From positions 86,118,001-86,182,000 of the forward strand of contig NC_043005.1 in assembly GCF_006345805.1 (NCBI RefSeq): a stretch of DNA of 64,000 nucleotides, read 5' to 3'. The stretch comes from Octopus sinensis (Eukaryota). A program made the position numbers and the translations under genes. Positions 13,737-24,531 of the stretch are shown in pieces; the first letter of the stretch is position 1, and each line of letters opens with the position of its first letter. The notes beneath the pieces were generated by a model. That model saw only the letters and a list, made by a program, of their open reading frames with translations, was not told the DNA's origin and ran no database searches.

Positions 13737-14221
13737 GAATATTCGAAAGGCTTTCATCAAAGAATATATGTTTTCCAACCATTACAACACCTGAAAGACA
13801 GAAAGTAAGAAATGAAAATTATGACACTCTCTTTTACTCTTTTACTTGTTTCAGTCATTTGACTGTGGTCATGCCGGAGCACCACCTTTAGTCGAGCAAA
13901 TCGACCCCAGGACTTATTCTTTGTAAGCCTAGTACTTATTCTATCGGTCTCTTTTGCCGAACCGCTAAGTTACGGGAACGAAAACACATCAGCATCGGTT
14001 ACCAAGTGATGTTGGGGGGACAAACACAGACACACACACACACATATATACACATACATATATTCTACGGGCTTCTTTCAGTTTCCGTCTACCGAATCTA
14101 CTCACAAGACTTTGGTCGGCCCCAGGCTATAGTAGAAGACACTTGCCCAAGGTGCCACGCAGTGGAACTGAATCCGGTATCCAGTGGTTTGTAAGCAAGA
14201 TACTTACCACACAGCCACTCC
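13737..14221 (-). mobile_element. SINE family C (internal microsatellite) with a 3' extension of about 100 bp
   Basis: Head GGAGTGGCTGTGTGGTAAG, CACCTTGGGCAAGTGTCTTCTAC, internal (TA)/(TG) tract, tail GACTGAAACAAGTAAAAG. The extension at 13737-13830 matches 24735-24841. Confidence 0.85.
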
Positions 14222-15002
14222 AACGCCATTCCGCCCAGCCACTTTGGTCTTTAAGATTCGGTTCTACATAAGGTTTCCCTAGACTTTAGGATTCGTGATA
14301 AAAGTGATTCTGCTGTTAAATTCATCCGTGGTATTGAATCAAGCCTAATATTTCAGAGATTCTAATGCCGAAAAGGCCAAGTATTTTGATGCTCATTCCA
14401 GACTAAATCATCTTAACACAAATATAAAATTACTTATTTCTGGACTTTGGCTACAACTCACAAACTGTGACTGAATATCAAAAAATATGTCCCACTCCAC
14501 ATTATAGAATGCATTTATGTATGAAGTCAGAAGTTTGTGATTTTATTAAATCAGTTTCTCCTCGTAGGCGGCCCAGCCACTGCGTAGGCGTGGACGTTCA
14601 TTAAATAAACGCTCGGTTTCATACAGTTGGCTGGACTTTCAAGGAAATGGCTCATATGTTTCACCATCAGCTTACATCAAGAGTTTAGTTTTTATCCTCT
14701 AAGGATAAAATGTACGGATGCGTAATTCAATGCTCTTATCACGTATGGTCCAAAATTGCAATTACAGAATGTATGTACTTAATGTCAGCTATCATTTTCT
14801 ACTTTAGGCACAAAGCCCGAAAGTTTGGGGGCGGGGGTCGACTTGATTTAATTTATCGACCTCGAAAGGATGAAAAGCAAAGTCGACCTTGGCAGAACTT
14901 AATCAATGTTAAAACTCAATACGCCTGCATTGGTATTCGTAAGTAATCTGTAAAAACTAGTATGAATATATGTGTTGTGTCTGTGTGTGTTTGTGGTGCG
15001 TG

Positions 15003-15055
<53 letters not shown>

Positions 15056-15065
15056 TATATATATA

Positions 15066-15260
15066 GTCCCGGTTGATTCGGGGTTAACCACAGTAATAAG
15101 GTACTCAATACTAGCAGAGTAAAATTTAATTTATATATAGAAGGGCTTCTACGGACTAGAACTGTTTCATTCAAGAGAAACTTCAGGAGTTTGAGCTTCC
15201 TGAAGTTTTCTCTTGAATGAAACAGTTCTAGTCCTGTAGAAGCTCCTTCTATATATAAAT
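15066..15260. mobile_element. Fold-back Penelope-like terminal module; near-perfect palindrome at 15129-15260
   Basis: Left arm ATATATAGAAGG.GCTTCTAC.GGACTAGAACTGTTTCATTCAAGAGAAA.CTTCAGGA is the reverse complement of the right arm apart from three 1-nt indels. (TA)n on both sides. Confidence 0.7.
15194..15244 (+). ncRNA. Type I hammerhead motif with a degenerate core/helix II junction
   Basis: AGCTTC-CTGAAG(T)-T-TTC-tctt-GAA-T-GAA-ACAG-ttctagtc-CTGT-A-GAAGCT. 6-bp helix I, 4-bp helix III, GUA triplet; A9 is T and the first helix II pair is T.T. Confidence 0.5.
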
Positions 15261-15263
15261 ATA

Positions 15264-15346
<83 letters not shown>

Positions 15347-15361
15347 TAGGGTAAAAAGCCC

Positions 15362-15680
15362 ATGAATGACCATGGAATTGCACCCAGAAAGTTCCCTATC
15401 TTGGCACAAGTCCGGACAAGTATGTTTTTTTTATAAAAGACTAGCAGTCATCCATACATACCAATTCCCCCTCTCCATGCCACCGATATTTTCCAAGGTA
15501 AAGGCAAAGGAGCCGATACAGCTTGCGCCATTGATGTCGCAACTCATTTCTACACCTGAGTGAACTGGAGCAATGTGAAATAAATTGTATCAAGAACACA
15601 ACATACAGCCCGGCTGGGAATCGAAGCCACTACCTTGTGATTATGGATCCGACGCTCTAACCACTGACCTAAGCGTCTTC
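15362..15680 (-). mobile_element. tRNA-derived SINE family F (head + CORE-like middle + distinct tail)
   Basis: Minus strand: GGTCAGTGGTTAGAGC (A box), GGCTTCGATTCCC (B box), TTTATTTCACATTGCTCCAGTTCACTCAG shared with family B'. Confidence 0.65.
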
Positions 15681-15743
15681 ATATACATATATATATATAC
15701 ATACACACACACAAACACACACACACACACATATTCTTTTATC

Positions 15744-15971
15744 CTTTTATTCATTTACTTGTTTCAGTTATTTGACTGTGGCCATGCTAGAGCAGCGCCT
15801 TTTAGTCGAACAAATTGACCCCGGGACTTATTCTTTGTAAGCTTATTACTTATTCTATCGGTGTCTTTTGCCGAACAGCTAGGTTACTGTTACAGCATCA
15901 GTTGTTAAGTGATAGTGAGGGGCAAACACAGACACACAAACACACACATACACACACATATACATACATAT

Positions 15972-16050
<79 letters not shown>

Positions 16051-16203
16051 ATGCATAAACGACGGGCTTCTTTCAGTTTCCGTCTACCAAATCCACTCAC
16101 AAGGCTTTGTTCGGCACGAGGCTGTAGTAGAAGATACTTGCCCAAGGTGCCACGCAGTGGGAGTGAACCCAGAATTATGTGGCTGGTAAGCAAGCTACTT
16201 ATC
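15744..16203 (-). mobile_element. SINE family C with expanded internal (CA)/(TA) tract
   Basis: Colinear with 13831-14221. Confidence 0.85.
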
Positions 16204-17481
16204 TCAAAATACACACACCCACATACATATATACATACATACATATACTTATATATATATATGTTATATATGCATTCATACATATATACATACAAATGTA
16301 AATATATATATGTATACATACATACACACACGCACACACACATACATACACGCACACACATATACATACGCACATATATAAATATATGAAGAAAGATTTT
16401 AAAATGAGAAGTTGTTAATTATATAGAAAAATGCCACAGATCCGACTAAACACAGAAATTGCACTTCCTTCAAATTTTCAAACGAAAATGATATGAAATA
16501 AATCGTACCGCAGTTATGGCTTTCGATAGCAGTTGTAATGTCCAGAATCACTTCAAAGTGAAGAACTTCATTAAATATATCATTTTCCTTGTCGCAATCA
16601 AATATTTTCTTCCTGCATTTTGGATGAAGAAGGAATAGTTCGAATTTCATATTCGCACAAATCTGGGACATTCGTAACTGTGAAATTGATTTGTTGTTTA
16701 TGACGCCAAATCCGGTTCATCAGTTTTGTTTCTATTTGATCGATATTGTTCACACTTGATTATGGACATTTAATGCAGTAAATATCATTTTGGAGGATGT
16801 TGTAGCCCATATATTTGTTAACCTTTATTTCCTTTCCACTTTTGAACTTTTTGCTTTTACTTTATTGAGTCAGAACATCAAGGGTCTTTACAGTTTCCTA
16901 CCTGCATCATTTTCTGGGGATATTAACTTTAGTAAGAGTCTTAGAATTTGTGGTTCCCTTTGACTGTTAATAACTTTGGAATCTTTAATTATTTTCATCC
17001 GTTTTTGATGACTGCTGTAGAACTGGAAGACTCTTGGACAGCCTTGTTTCACCGAATATTACTTGCGGTTTATGTGATCGTGGCTTTCACGAATGAAATA
17101 TTTTAAATTCTCTCTTCCAATTCCTTACAAGAAATCTTACAATGAAGAATTTCTCATAAATTGGTATTTGTTTTGCAATAGTTATGGTATTATTTATTGC
17201 GTTTCTAAAGGGTTTTTCTTTCAAGAGGAATAAAATTGTACCTTAGATCACTCTCGTCTAATTCCTCTATAAGTATACATATACGATTTATTATATTTGA
17301 TCAGATATTTATGTTATCATGGGATGGTGGTATCTAAGCTTTATTGTTCTCGTGTATTTGCAGTAGATGCCTTTTACTATACTCTAGTTGTCGACTGTCA
17401 TGAAAATTCTCAGAAATGGAACTTTCATTTCCATTGAGATCTGAATCAATATACGAATGCCATTAATTAATTTATGAAATA

Positions 17482-18155
17482 CTAGCAGTAGCGCCCGGCG
17501 TTGCTCGGGTTTGTAAGGGAAATAACTATATAAGCATTTTTAGAGAGTTATAGGAAAAAAATTAGCAAAAAATGCATTAAAAATGGAATAAAAAATGATG
17601 GTAATTTTTTTTTTAATCGTTGACTCATCGTAGGCATTTTTAGAGAGTTACTTCCCTTATATAATAGCGAAAAAATGCATTAAAATGGAAAAAATGATGG
17701 CAAATTTTTTTTTAAATCGTAGACTCATCGTAGACGCTTTCTTAGCCATTTCTGTTTTGGTGTCTTCAAGCCATGAAGTCGTTGTTCTAAAAGAACGCTG
17801 GTCTCCTTGACAACGCTTTACGACGTTGGTTTCCTTACACTCCCTTCCCCACAGCTTCACGAGGGAGGGAAGAAGGGGGAGAAGCAAACAGGTGCAGGTG
17901 TGAGCGTGGACGCCAACTCCGCCGCCATCGACACACGAAAAAATATGCATTAAAATGGAATAAAAAATGATGTTAAATTATTTTTAAAATCGTAGACTCA
18001 TCGTAGACGCGCGCTAATACCGAGACGGGCTCGATATGAATCACGACTATAGGATACCCGAAGTTGGTTAAATTGCACCGCAAAATGTGGGAGTAGTTAG
18101 GAATCTAAATCGAAGGGGACAGACACTCACACAACTATAGTTTTATATATATAGA
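17482..18155 (-). mobile_element. Non-autonomous Helitron
   Basis: Minus strand starts A|TC (TCTATATATATAAAAC) and ends CCCG-agcaacgc-CGGG hairpin...CTAG|T. Same family as 62924-63318; carries three internal subrepeats and an extra GC-richer block. Confidence 0.85.
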
Positions 18156-18612
18156 TTTTAAGGCCTTCGTCATTTTGTTTCCAAAATATAAAAGCAGGCG
18201 TTCAGCCATTTTCCTCGGGTTTTATTTATATGGGATTAGAATCTAATGAAAACTTATCCTGAAATAGCAAACCCATTCAGACATAGATTGTTCTTTCAAG
18301 AACCATATTTATAGTGTTTCAAATGTGGGAGCGACGTTTGTGACTATTGTTGTCCTTTTATTTGACTGTAGTAAAGATGTAGTTGTTTTCTAACACCATA
18401 TATTTACTTTCGATTCGGAATTCTGTTGATAAACTCTTCTGAAAAATGATGGAAATATGTTTATCAGGAATATAATAATGACTCCAACCTTAATCCGTTA
18501 TGTATATTGGATTAGTATCTGATCGTATCGAAACTCTGTCTTTGACTTTCTGGATTGTTGTTTTAAAATCCGTGTTTCTCTGATGGAAACAGACTATACA
18601 ATAGATGTAATA

Positions 18613-19179
18613 CGAGGGTGAGTCAAAAAGTAATGCCATTTTCTTTAGGACAGGTATAATTACCAACACAGGAACATGTATCATACGTCAAAACGAAGCT
18701 GGTAATCTCTGGATCACATCCCTACTTCTCAACATAGTCACCGTTTCTCTCAATAGCAATATTCCACCTTCGAATGAGGGCATGTATCCCTGCCCTGTAA
18801 AATTTCTGTTCCCTTTTCTTTGAGCCACTTCTTCACTACAGTTTTCACTTCCTCATCACTGGAATAATGTTTGCCTCTCAAACCCTCTTTCATGGGGCCG
18901 AAAAGATGATACTCCACTGACGATGATAGTCCAGTAACGAAGAAGTGAAAACTGTAATGAAGAAGTGGCTAAAAAAACAGTAAATAAAAACTTTACGGGG
19001 TAGGGATACATGCTCTCAGTCAAAGGTGGAGCATTGCTATTGAGAGAAACGTTGACTATGTTGAGAATTAGGGATAGGATCTACAGAAGACCAGCTTCAT
19101 TTTGATGTATGATGCATGTTCCTGTGGGGATAATTATACCTAACCTAAACAAAATGGCATTACTTTTTGACTCACCCTT
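18613..19179. mobile_element. Fold-back mariner-derived MITE made of two transposase 3' ends
   Basis: TA-flanked TIRs CGAGGGTGAGTCAAAAAGTAATGCCATTTT / AAAATGGCATTACTTTTTGACTCACCCTTT. Both arms encode the mariner C-terminus (DEEVKTVVKKWL...GIHAL.RRW.IAIERNGDYVEK*) in opposite orientations. Confidence 0.9.
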
Positions 19180-19254
19180 TAAATTGCTTCGACATTAGGT
19201 GTAATGTTTGTTGAGTAACAAGCGGGCGTCGTTTGAAATCGAGTGTCTAGGAAT

Positions 19255-19324
19255 CGATATCTATCTATCTATATGTCTATCTCTCTGTCTGTCTATCTAT
19301 CTGTCTGTCTTTCTGTCTATCTGC

Positions 19325-19389
<65 letters not shown>

Positions 19390-19455
19390 GTCTGTCTGTC
19401 TGTCTGTCTGTATATCTATCTTTCTATCTATCTATCTATCTATCTATCTATTTAT
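19255..19455. repeat. (TCTA)n/(TCTG)n tetranucleotide microsatellite
   Basis: Read directly. Confidence 0.95.
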
Positions 19456-20420
19456 CTGTAATTTAGTGGGTCTACTAAACTGTCATAAAGTACTTTATAT
19501 TTTGTTAAATATCGGTATTCTATAAAAATATGTAGTTTAGAACCCAAAATAGATAATCCAGCAATTTCCATGAAATTAGACAAGAAATTGTCTATTAAAT
19601 TTCCAGTTCTCTCTATTGTATGCTTATCGCCGTTCCTTTATGGTTAGAAGGATTATCGATCAACCAATTGTTCTAAAACCGTTTCTCCAAATAGGTTCTG
19701 GTGCATTATTGCAGTGGCTCCCACTTTAACATATGTAATGACGATCGAAAATCTTTCCGTAGACACTCCAAAGCTACGTGCTCTTGTTTCCTAAAGTTTC
19801 ATTTTAAAGGTATTCCTGGAATGTATGATTTTGTTAATATTTTCAGACACATAATATATTTCTGTATTGTTTTATTCCTTTTCAAAAGAGATTTTAAATT
19901 CCGTTTTGTTGTTTACCAGTGATGGATCTTAAAAAAAAAAAATTACGTGGCGAAACAGTAAATTTTAATTAGATCTCTTGTGCCTCTGGTTGGAAAGAGA
20001 ATTTATCTCATTTTGGATCGTCTTGAAAAAATTGTTAACATGTATTTTCAGAAATATTAATTTCGATGTTATTTTCTATATCTAAATATGTTGGTAAAAC
20101 AGAAACAACCATTGGCTTTCTTCGGTGAATTCAAGTATTAAACACGTGATTTTCTCACTCCCTATTTTTCTTGTCTAATATTCAGCATTTCTCGTAATTT
20201 TTCTAAATGCTATTTAGAGCTATTCGTCATACATGAGGAATTATTTTGGATGCGTTTTCTACTTGCATTTACAGATGTTTGATTTCTGGATATTGTTAAT
20301 CAAATTCGTTTAAAACTATGCGTTATTGATACCCGCCTGGATTCTTAATCCCATTTTTATTCAGATACATAGATACATATACATACATACAGACATACCC
20401 ACACACACACACACACCACA

Positions 20421-20454
<34 letters not shown>

Positions 20455-20464
20455 TAAATATATA

Positions 20465-20511
<47 letters not shown>

Positions 20512-20535
20512 ATATATATAATATATATATATATA

Positions 20536-21630
20536 CAGAGTGCGTAAGATATTTGAGGACAGATTTATATTTATAAAAAAAAACATACATAATAACAGAT
20601 ACTAACTTTATCAGAAAATGCTATGAGGATAAAAATAAGACTTCTTTTCTATAAGGTTTTTCAATAAAGCAACTCTCAGCTTCAATAACAATTGCTTCTA
20701 TATGAGATCTAAATCATCTACATGCTTGAATCAAGTGGTCCTGGTTCATTTTGAACATACCCTGACTATGGCAGCTTTCAAAGAATCTTTGGTATTATGG
20801 GCGTGTTGATTGCCCTCTCTCTCACCAAAACTCCCCATGTCCAATGCATGTTCGGGGTTGCGTGAATATGAAAAGTTTCAACCATCAATTCCTGTGTTAC
20901 ACATGACTATTACACATGACATCAAGTCATGTGTAATAGTGCAGAGTCTTATCGAAACACATATGGCTTTCCATTGTATACAGTGTCTATCCAGGGTTTA
21001 ACAATTATTTCCAGGAACCCAATGTAGGCAGCAGAGTTAACTCTAAGACCTTGTGGAAAGTAGTAAGGAAAACCAAATAGTAGTGAAAAAAACCAAATCA
21101 AATGTTCTGCTGGATTTTTCAGTTTGTTTAAGATCATTTTAGATCCGATGTATTGATTTTCTTTTGCTTTTTCTGACAAATTGACCTTTCCTTATCATAT
21201 AAGATTTATATCTCATGTCTCCGTGGACAACATTTCTGAATGTTCTTTGTAACACAGGGAAATCTTATGCAAATGGCCTCATGGACTTTCTGAGAATATA
21301 GTCAATGATCTGTTAAAGTTGCTGGATACGTTCTGGTGTTCTGATGATTTCAGAGTTTTTATTATGTTTTTTATGCTTTGATACAGGTGATACGTTTCCA
21401 TCTTCAGTCTCTAGCTCTTACATTACAGACAAAAGATCTGGCAACTTTTAAAAATCTAGATACTTCTAAATTGCTGTGCTCAGCCTTTATAACAGCATGC
21501 CTCTTTATTTTTTAAGTAAGCTGAGCTTCTGCCATTATCATTTTCTGAATCAATGATTATACACAGTTAGCAAAAATGCAGAAATGCAGCAATGACCCTC
21601 AAAGGCATGTCCTCAAATACCTTACGCACC
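20536..21630 (-). mobile_element. Internally deleted Tc1/mariner-superfamily transposon in a (TA)n tract
   Basis: TIRs CAGAGTGCGTAAGATATTTGAGGACA / TGTCCTCAAATACCTTACGCACC. Minus-strand transposase remnants LKNPAEHLIWFFS, FPQGLRVNSAAYI..LE..VKPWI...YNGKPYVF, HNTKDSLKAAI...FRSHIEA. Confidence 0.85.
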
Positions 21631-21747
21631 TATATATATATACAGGTGTGTGTGTGTGTGTGTACGTGTGTGTATCTATCTATCCATATACATATTCTCT
21701 CTCCCTCTTCTCGATTTCTCTATCTCTCAGTATATAGACATACATAC

Positions 21748-21835
<88 letters not shown>

Positions 21836-22043
21836 GAAATAGAAAGATGAATAATCTTGTTGGCAGATTAATCAAAAGTTTTAACCGATACCTTGGTAGC
21901 AAAAATCACAGCAGAAGACAGCACGGTTGGAGGTACAACCATAGGTGTTGCACATGCGTTGGTGCGGATAATTGAATTTTAATATTATTAGTGAATTGAA
22001 GAAATGGGTTGAACGAAGATTGAACAGAAATCGTTTTATTGCA

Positions 22044-22123
22044 TTCTACACGTGTTTCGAAAGCCACAATTTACCAAATTCCGATTGAATAAGGAGACCA
22101 TATTGTGTCTTTCTCTTTAGGAA
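22044..22123 (-). ncRNA. Inverted copy of the same hammerhead with a G5-to-A core substitution
   Basis: Minus strand reads TTC-CTAAAGA-GAAAGACACAAT...GAAACACGTGTAGAA. Confidence 0.7.
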
Positions 22124-22634
22124 GAAATAGGAAATCCGTTGGAAAAAACAAAAACAGAACAGTGCGGAGCAAAACAAATCGAACGAGGCTCCTAAGCCCA
22201 TGGCCAAGCTGTTTATCTGTATGTTGAAAACGGGTGGTGGGTGCGTTGAGATTTTAACAGTCAGGCAGCGGTCATTCCGGTGGGTGAGAGCACGGGGTGC
22301 TTAGATGTTCTTTGTGACCGAGACTAAAGAACTTAGTCTCGGTCACAAAGAACATCTAAGCACCCATGCTCTCACCCACCGGAATGACCGCTGCCTGACC
22401 TGTTAAAATCTTCAACAGAACTTTAGTCTCGGTCACAAAGAACATCTAAGCACCCCGTGCTCTCACCCACCGGAATGACCGCTGCCTGACCTGTTAAAAT
22501 CCTTCAACGCACCCACCACCCGTTTTCAACATACATTGATAAACAGTTTGGCCATGGGCTCTTAGGAGCCTCGTTCGATTTGTTTTGCTCCGCCTCTGTT
22601 CTGTTTTTGTTTTTTCCAACGGATTTCCTATTTC

Positions 22635-22714
22635 TTCCTGAAGAGAAAGACACAATATGGTCTCCTTATTCAATCGGAATTTGGTAAATTGTGGCTTTCG
22701 AAACACGTGTAGAA
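22635..22714 (+). ncRNA. Canonical type I hammerhead ribozyme motif
   Basis: TTC-CTGAAGA-GAAAGACACAAT...ATTGTGGCTTTC-GAA-ACACGTGT-A-GAA. Intact core, G10.1-C11.1, helix II with 11 of 12 pairs, palindromic ACACGTGT helix III, GUA triplet, 3-bp helix I. AATAAA follows at 22718. Confidence 0.85.
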
Positions 22715-22785
22715 TGCAATAAAACGATTTCTGTTCAATCTTCGTTCAACTCCATTTCTTCAATTCACTAATAATATTATATATA

Positions 22786-22821
<36 letters not shown>

Positions 22822-23149
22822 TGTATGTATGTATGTATGTATGTATGTATGTATGTATGTATATATATACAAACTACCAAAACTTCTCCGTGCTAAAATG
22901 TTTGAAAGAGTGCAATGAGTTTTTCAAAAACAACATTGTGTCCGGCTCAATAAAATGTCTAAAAATGGAAGTATTCGATTTAGTTCATTGTATAACTTTG
23001 ATGCTATAAGATTTGAATTTATATCCTGCGTTGTGGAAACATGGAAGCAGTGACACACTTCGGAATTGGCTCAATCGCATTCTTTGACGATACTGTTGGT
23101 TTGATACGTCATATTAAGCCTCTGGAGTTCAAGGTGGTTTGTGAAATGT

Positions 23150-23580
23150 AGTGATTCCGATATCTCCTGAGGAATACAATTCCCTCCTACGGTATCCCAT
23201 CACTCTGATTCTTTCATTGCTCTCCTCAACTCTTCAGGAAGAAAGAGGTTTTCATCAATGGGCGAAGGTTGATCAACCATTGGTGAGAAAGATGACAAAA
23301 TCAGAAATTCAGTGTCAGTTACGTGACACCTGGGCTTATTTTTTTCTAAAGCGAGATGCGATGTATCTACAGAAGATATTTTGTATCTTCTATAGTTCCT
23401 GGCTGTTTGAACTTTGAATCTGTGTATCTTCTACCAGTCAATTCATCTCCATCTCTCCATGCAGCTGCGATGCGTACGAAGCATTTCAGTTATGTTTTCC
23501 ATGATGAAGATGTAAGATTCTTCGGCTGTCTTATTTCGTTTTGATTTTGCGTTTTCAGAATAGAAATTTGTTATTAGCAT
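23150..23580 (-). mobile_element. Possible AP-endonuclease region of an RTE-like LINE, inverted relative to the adjacent RT
   Basis: Weak minus-strand motifs ITNFYS, GD.N, I.SRFRK, ISDFVI in the expected order; highly degenerate. Confidence 0.35.
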
Positions 23581-23584
23581 TATA

Positions 23585-24483
23585 TTTGTTTGATTTTTGA
23601 AAGGCATTTTGATTCCATATTTAAGGAAAGAATGTTTCAAATTCTTGAAGATCACGGTGTACCACCATCAATAGAAAATGCATTTAAACTAATCACAGAA
23701 GCCCAGGTGTTCATCCCAGATGAAAAACCTTCTTTTTATATTATCTTAACTGGCTTATCTCAAAATAACACATTAGATCCAATTTTGTTCATAAATGCTT
23801 TGGATTAATCAAGGAAAAGAGCATTCGAAATGCTTGATAGAAACTGAGGGATTGTTATAGAATCTAGGAAGGTGACATAGAAACTAGAGGTACGACTAAA
23901 GGATTTCGCAGATGTTGATGCCAACGCACCGGTCAACGAAGCACTTTAGTTAACTGAAAGTTTATTACAGAGTGTTGAACACGTAGCAAATCTAGTTGTT
24001 TTACGTCTTAATGCTAGCAGACGAGACATTGTAACATATGGAATATAAGATGATTTGCAAGTAGAAGCCTTTACTGTTCATTAATCGAGTGGAGCAATTA
24101 AAATATTCAGACATTTATATCCCAGAAAGCAAGGATAATTCTAATGTCAGGAAAGGACGGGTATAGCTTACAACAAATAAACTGGACAAAATATGGAAGT
24201 CTAACATGGACAGAAAACTGTAACTTAGCTTTTTCAGGGTAATAGGAGACGGTATTCTGCTAAAAAAATATATAAATTGGAATATAATACGAAACCTAAA
24301 AATAAAAATAGATAGATTATATTCTAAGTAGGAGTGGCTGTGTGGTAAGTAGCTTGCTTACGAACAACATGGTTCCGGGTTCAGTCCCACTGCGTGGCAC
24401 CTTGGGTAAGTGTCTTCTACTATAGCCTCGGGCCGACCAAAGCCTTGTGAGTGGATTTGGTAGACGGAAACTGAAAGAAGATC

Positions 24484-24531
<48 letters not shown>

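Larger units (their letters stand above)
16400..20340 (-). pseudogene. Decayed Penelope-like element ORF (RT + GIY-YIG endonuclease), interrupted by later insertions
   Basis: Manual translation across frameshifts: EHVALECLRKD.SIVI (about 19750-19785), SFD...NIHNG (about 18490-18530), YSQIKGTT..TNVAPTF (18320-18375), thumb-like VPFL...IYCK..T...HHP (17300-17440), GIY-YIG NDIYCIKCP..CEQY.GQIETKL.NRI.RHKQQI (16687-16790). Confidence 0.7.
21833..22779. mobile_element. Fold-back Penelope-like terminal repeat; palindrome at 21980-22779
   Basis: Left arm 21980-22329 is the reverse complement of right arm 22421-22779. An extra tandem copy of about 89 bp (22328-22416) sits at the centre. (TA)n on both flanks; one hammerhead motif per arm. 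Confidence 0.8.

Noticed and set aside
16480-16560. Minus-strand TTGAAGT-GAT...ATC-GAAAGCC at the 3' end of the Penelope-like ORF
   Set aside because: The position is suggestive, but two core bases, the triplet and helix I all fail.
21389-21409. Minus-strand GA-CTGAAGA-TG-GAAAC-GTA-TC matching hammerhead core words
   Set aside because: No helix II (2-nt linker) and it lies within the Tc1-like transposase coding remnant; chance match.
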